Shown piece after piece: positions 61,030 to 64,000 of a stretch of DNA of 64,000 nucleotides. Numbering within the stretch: the first letter of the stretch is position 1; the number at the start of each line of letters is the position of its first letter. The notes under the pieces were generated by a model. The model was not told the origin of the DNA. It did no database searches and saw only the letters and a list, made by a program, of their open reading frames with translations. Location of the stretch: contig OZ024741.1 of NCBI GenBank assembly GCA_964016885.1, positions 59,830,001 through 59,894,000 of the forward strand, given 5' to 3'. This stretch comes from Eledone cirrhosa. Its lineage: Eukaryota. The translations under genes and the position numbers were made by a program.

Positions 61030-61110
61030 TGGGGATTCTTTTCTTTGAAAAACAAGATGGCGTAGGACAGAACAAAGGAGAGGCACAAAAAACAAAGAAA
61101 AGAATCCCCA

Positions 61111-61153
61111 GTCACTGAAGAGGTCACAGAATGTGTGACGAAAGAACTTTGAC
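61111..61153 (+). ncRNA. Minimal hammerhead with an extra nucleotide before stem II
   Basis: GTCA CTGAAGA G GTCACA GAATG TGTGAC GAAA GAAC TT TGAC; CUU triplet. Confidence 0.7.
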
Positions 61154-61361
61154 AATATATAAACAAGCATCTGGTTGTGGAACCAACCAACCAACCGGAT
61201 ATTTATAAATTCCTAAATTTATAAATTTATTATAATAAATTGAAGTGAAAGCAACTGGTGCGTGTGTTTCTTATTGGCAACATGACCCTCCCAAAGTATA
61301 ACAATATCGGTTTCAACACACGTTTTCAGATAAAGAATCTTGCTAAACAAATTCAGAAACG

Positions 61362-61408
<47 letters not shown>

Positions 61409-61662
61409 GAGGTTATATTTAATTTGTTGGGATTCAACAAGCTTAAACATTTTTATAACTACTTTAAACCTTTTTATAATTGCTTTCTTCCAACAGTTTA
61501 ATTTAAATAAACCGTCGTTTTTTCAATTTTTTTGACACTCATTTGCATACTTGCTCATAACTTTGAATCACTCTCAATAAATTACTTTTTCCACTATCCA
61601 GCGAACCTCAAACCTTAAGGTTGTCTTTATGCGGGTATGTCAATATTTATAAAACAAATTTG

Positions 61663-61728
61663 TATTTTATCTGATGAAAGCGCACCAAAATTTGCCTTGG
61701 TTGCCCTTGAAATATATATAATAAAATA
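61663..61728 (+). ncRNA. Minimal type I hammerhead ribozyme
   Basis: TATTTTAT CTGATGA AAGCGCACCAA..TTGGTTGCCCTT GAAA TATATA TA ATAAAATA: 8-bp stem I, palindromic stem III, AUA triplet. Confidence 0.8.
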
Positions 61729-61766
61729 ATTATGATTTTATAAATATAGTTTCCATTTATTAATAT

Positions 61767-61830
<64 letters not shown>

Positions 61831-61837
61831 GTGTGAT

Positions 61838-61868
<31 letters not shown>

Positions 61869-63009
61869 CGCACATGCACTATTAAGTTACATCTGTATAG
61901 ATACAGAGTGTGAAACCGAGACTGCAATGACATATGTAGATATTTACACACATCTGCAATGCAGGCATGTAGAGATGTCAGAAATTACCTATGTCCATGG
62001 AAATAAAATAAAAAAAAGGGATAAACGCTTTTATCGAATTCTGGATTTAATCGGTCCCTCATCACAAGATGGAAATATCATCCTATCAACTTCAAGTAAA
62101 CATGTATTTTATGGGTATATATAGCTATTCGCTCTCAGTGTTATTCTGAAATGGACGTACTAGTTTGCATATATTTAACGCTTGCGTTGAGAAATTCTTA
62201 TCATATGTATTAAGAAGTGCGCTAGCAGCCGGAGTGTATGACAAAGTTATATCTCTATAAATACACAGTGTTTATAAGGGTTTAATCAGATCAGAAAATC
62301 TATTAAAGATGTTTATCCTTTTTCTGATCAGATCAGAAAATCTATTAAAGATGTTTATCCTTTTTCTAATTTAAAGGGTAATTCATATTTTTTGGATTGT
62401 TTACATTCCTAGATATTAAATATCTATATATATATTTATACGCATTGGGTCAATCTCGGTTATACACTTTGCATTTATACAGATATAACTTTACCCTACA
62501 CTTCGGCTTCTAACGCCGACCTTACAGTACTGCTTCACAAATCCAAGAGTGTGTTAGGCAAGAGGAAATCGATTCAAGTAATCATTATCGATTCCAGTAA
62601 AAGCCAACGAATGACAAAGAGCTACTCATCAGAGGAATTGTCTTTAGATATGTCATACACTGTACAAAATACCTTTATATATGTTGAGAGGTGAGAGTTT
62701 CAATGAGCTTCAAACCACATGGTGCCGATTAACGTTTAAGTATGTACATTTTTTACTTAATATCATTTGTATTAAATATGTGTACAAAATAGTATGTATT
62801 TCTCACACGATATATGACTCTTTCTCCCTCTCTCTAAATATATATTTTGAATCTGAATTATATGTATATAGATATCTTTCTTTATTTGCCACAGGGATGT
62901 ACAAAAATGGGACATTACAAGACGTGACGGCGGGGGTTTTACATAAAAATAACTTTAACATTAATAAATAACAATAAACTATATATAATAAAATAACATT
63001 TGAAATCGC

Positions 63010-63830
63010 CAATAGGGGGGGGGCGTTACTGTAGGGTTGTTTTACACCCCGTGGATAGAACAACCCTCCATACCAGGAACACGTTTTGTAGGTGTTCCTG
63101 TCTTCCCTCTGTTTATCTTCTTCAACCTACAGGTTTATATACAGAGAAGGCCCATTCACTCGGGCCATTTTCGCCACGTTCCCCCATCTTTCAGCGAATT
63201 TACTGGGGTGTAGCACTTCTCTCTCCACTCTCACCTTCCTTCTGAAGTGATACTTAAAGAAGGGGATAAGTTGTTATCTGGAGAGAAAGGTGTTTGCCCT
63301 CAGTCCTTTTAACCTCGTCCAACATAATACCTCTTTCGCCATAGCCACCAGACAGAGGAAAACCACCTCTCCTTCGTTCTTAAATGAAGGCGGCGGGGTA
63401 ATCCTCACGATGGACGCGGCTGACAACTGGATGGGTCCCTCACGTGACAGTAGCTGTTCGATATAATTCTACAGGTCGGTCACATCGGGGCACTGATCAA
63501 TTGCGTGCAGAACGGTTTCGATGTACTGCTCGCATCTTGGACAGGTCATTTTGGCAGGATCTCTGCCTGGGCGTCCGTGCCTGTAGATTTTGTCTCAAAC
63601 TGGTAGAGCTCCTCGGTAGCACTGCCAGGCCAAAGACCTCTGGAAGTTATCCATAGGCCCTGGACGGAAAGTCCTCTCGCACAGACTGGTCAGTTAGTCC
63701 TCCTCGATGCCTAGAGTTTCCCCGAGAACGTCGTCGCAATTATCCTCCACTAATCCCTATAGAATGTCGAAGTGGAGTCTCTGCTGATTGCCGTTTCCTC
63801 TTGGTAGAGGGCTGTGAGCGCCTGTAGGCA
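63010..63830 (-). mobile_element. L1/Tx1-type LINE ORF2 C-terminus (zf-RVT) and 3' UTR
   Basis: Minus translation gives YRGALPV*DKIYRHG..TCPRCEQYIETVLHAIDQCP..LW, FLCLVAMAKEVL, FAERW. Confidence 0.8.
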
Positions 63831-64000
63831 CTCATAGGTAGGGAGACAGATAGATAGATAGATGAATAGATAGATAGATAGATACATTTTTTTATTAGCC
63901 ACAAGGGCACAAAAGAAGGGGACAAATATAAATGGGGAGTTTACATACAGGTATATGAAAATAAAACTATTAATAAAATATCAAATAACAATTGAATTCC

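Larger units (their letters stand above)
60849..61365 (+). mobile_element. Fold-back non-coding element: ~200-bp inverted arms (60849-61047 / 61093-61307), each with a hammerhead, plus tail
   Basis: The arms are reverse complements with a few differences; tail 61308-61365; (TA)n flanks. Confidence 0.88.

Noticed and set aside
62555-62635. Minus-strand CTGATGAG with nearby self-complementary segments
   Set aside because: No GAAA box in register.
63014-63040. G-run followed by TGTAGG resembling a polypurine tract and LTR start
   Set aside because: It lies at the end of the 3' UTR of the minus-strand L1/Tx1 fragment, and no second LTR or gag/pol sequence is seen.

Overview
AT-rich eukaryotic (metazoan) DNA that is almost entirely transposon debris and (TA)n/(CA)n/(GA)n microsatellite. 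The SINE and LINE repertoire suggests a cephalopod such as Octopus (inference). No intact host gene is evident; there are two candidate minus-strand exons. Recognisable elements are: a frameshifted Helitron Rep/helicase (321-3849), a non-autonomous Helitron, several Penelope-like element (PLE; RT + GIY-YIG, Naiad-like) remnants, mariner and hAT-like transposase relics, RTE-type, CR1-like, R4/Dong-like, CRE-like and L1/Tx1-like LINE fragments, and tRNA-derived SINEs. The main unexplained signal is an RNA-level system. About 13 hammerhead ribozyme (HHR) motifs of the minimal type I class, from many unrelated sequence families, can be folded by eye; several have intact cores. They include a ~420-bp head-to-tail repeat with one HHR per complete unit (45624-46570), which has the layout of a non-LTR retrozyme/circRNA. 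Many of these elements sit in (TA)n tracts as fold-back (inverted arm + sense arm + unpaired tail) insertions and share a terminal T(T/C)GAGT(A/G)C motif. All folding and alignment was done by eye, so coordinates of degraded elements are approximate.
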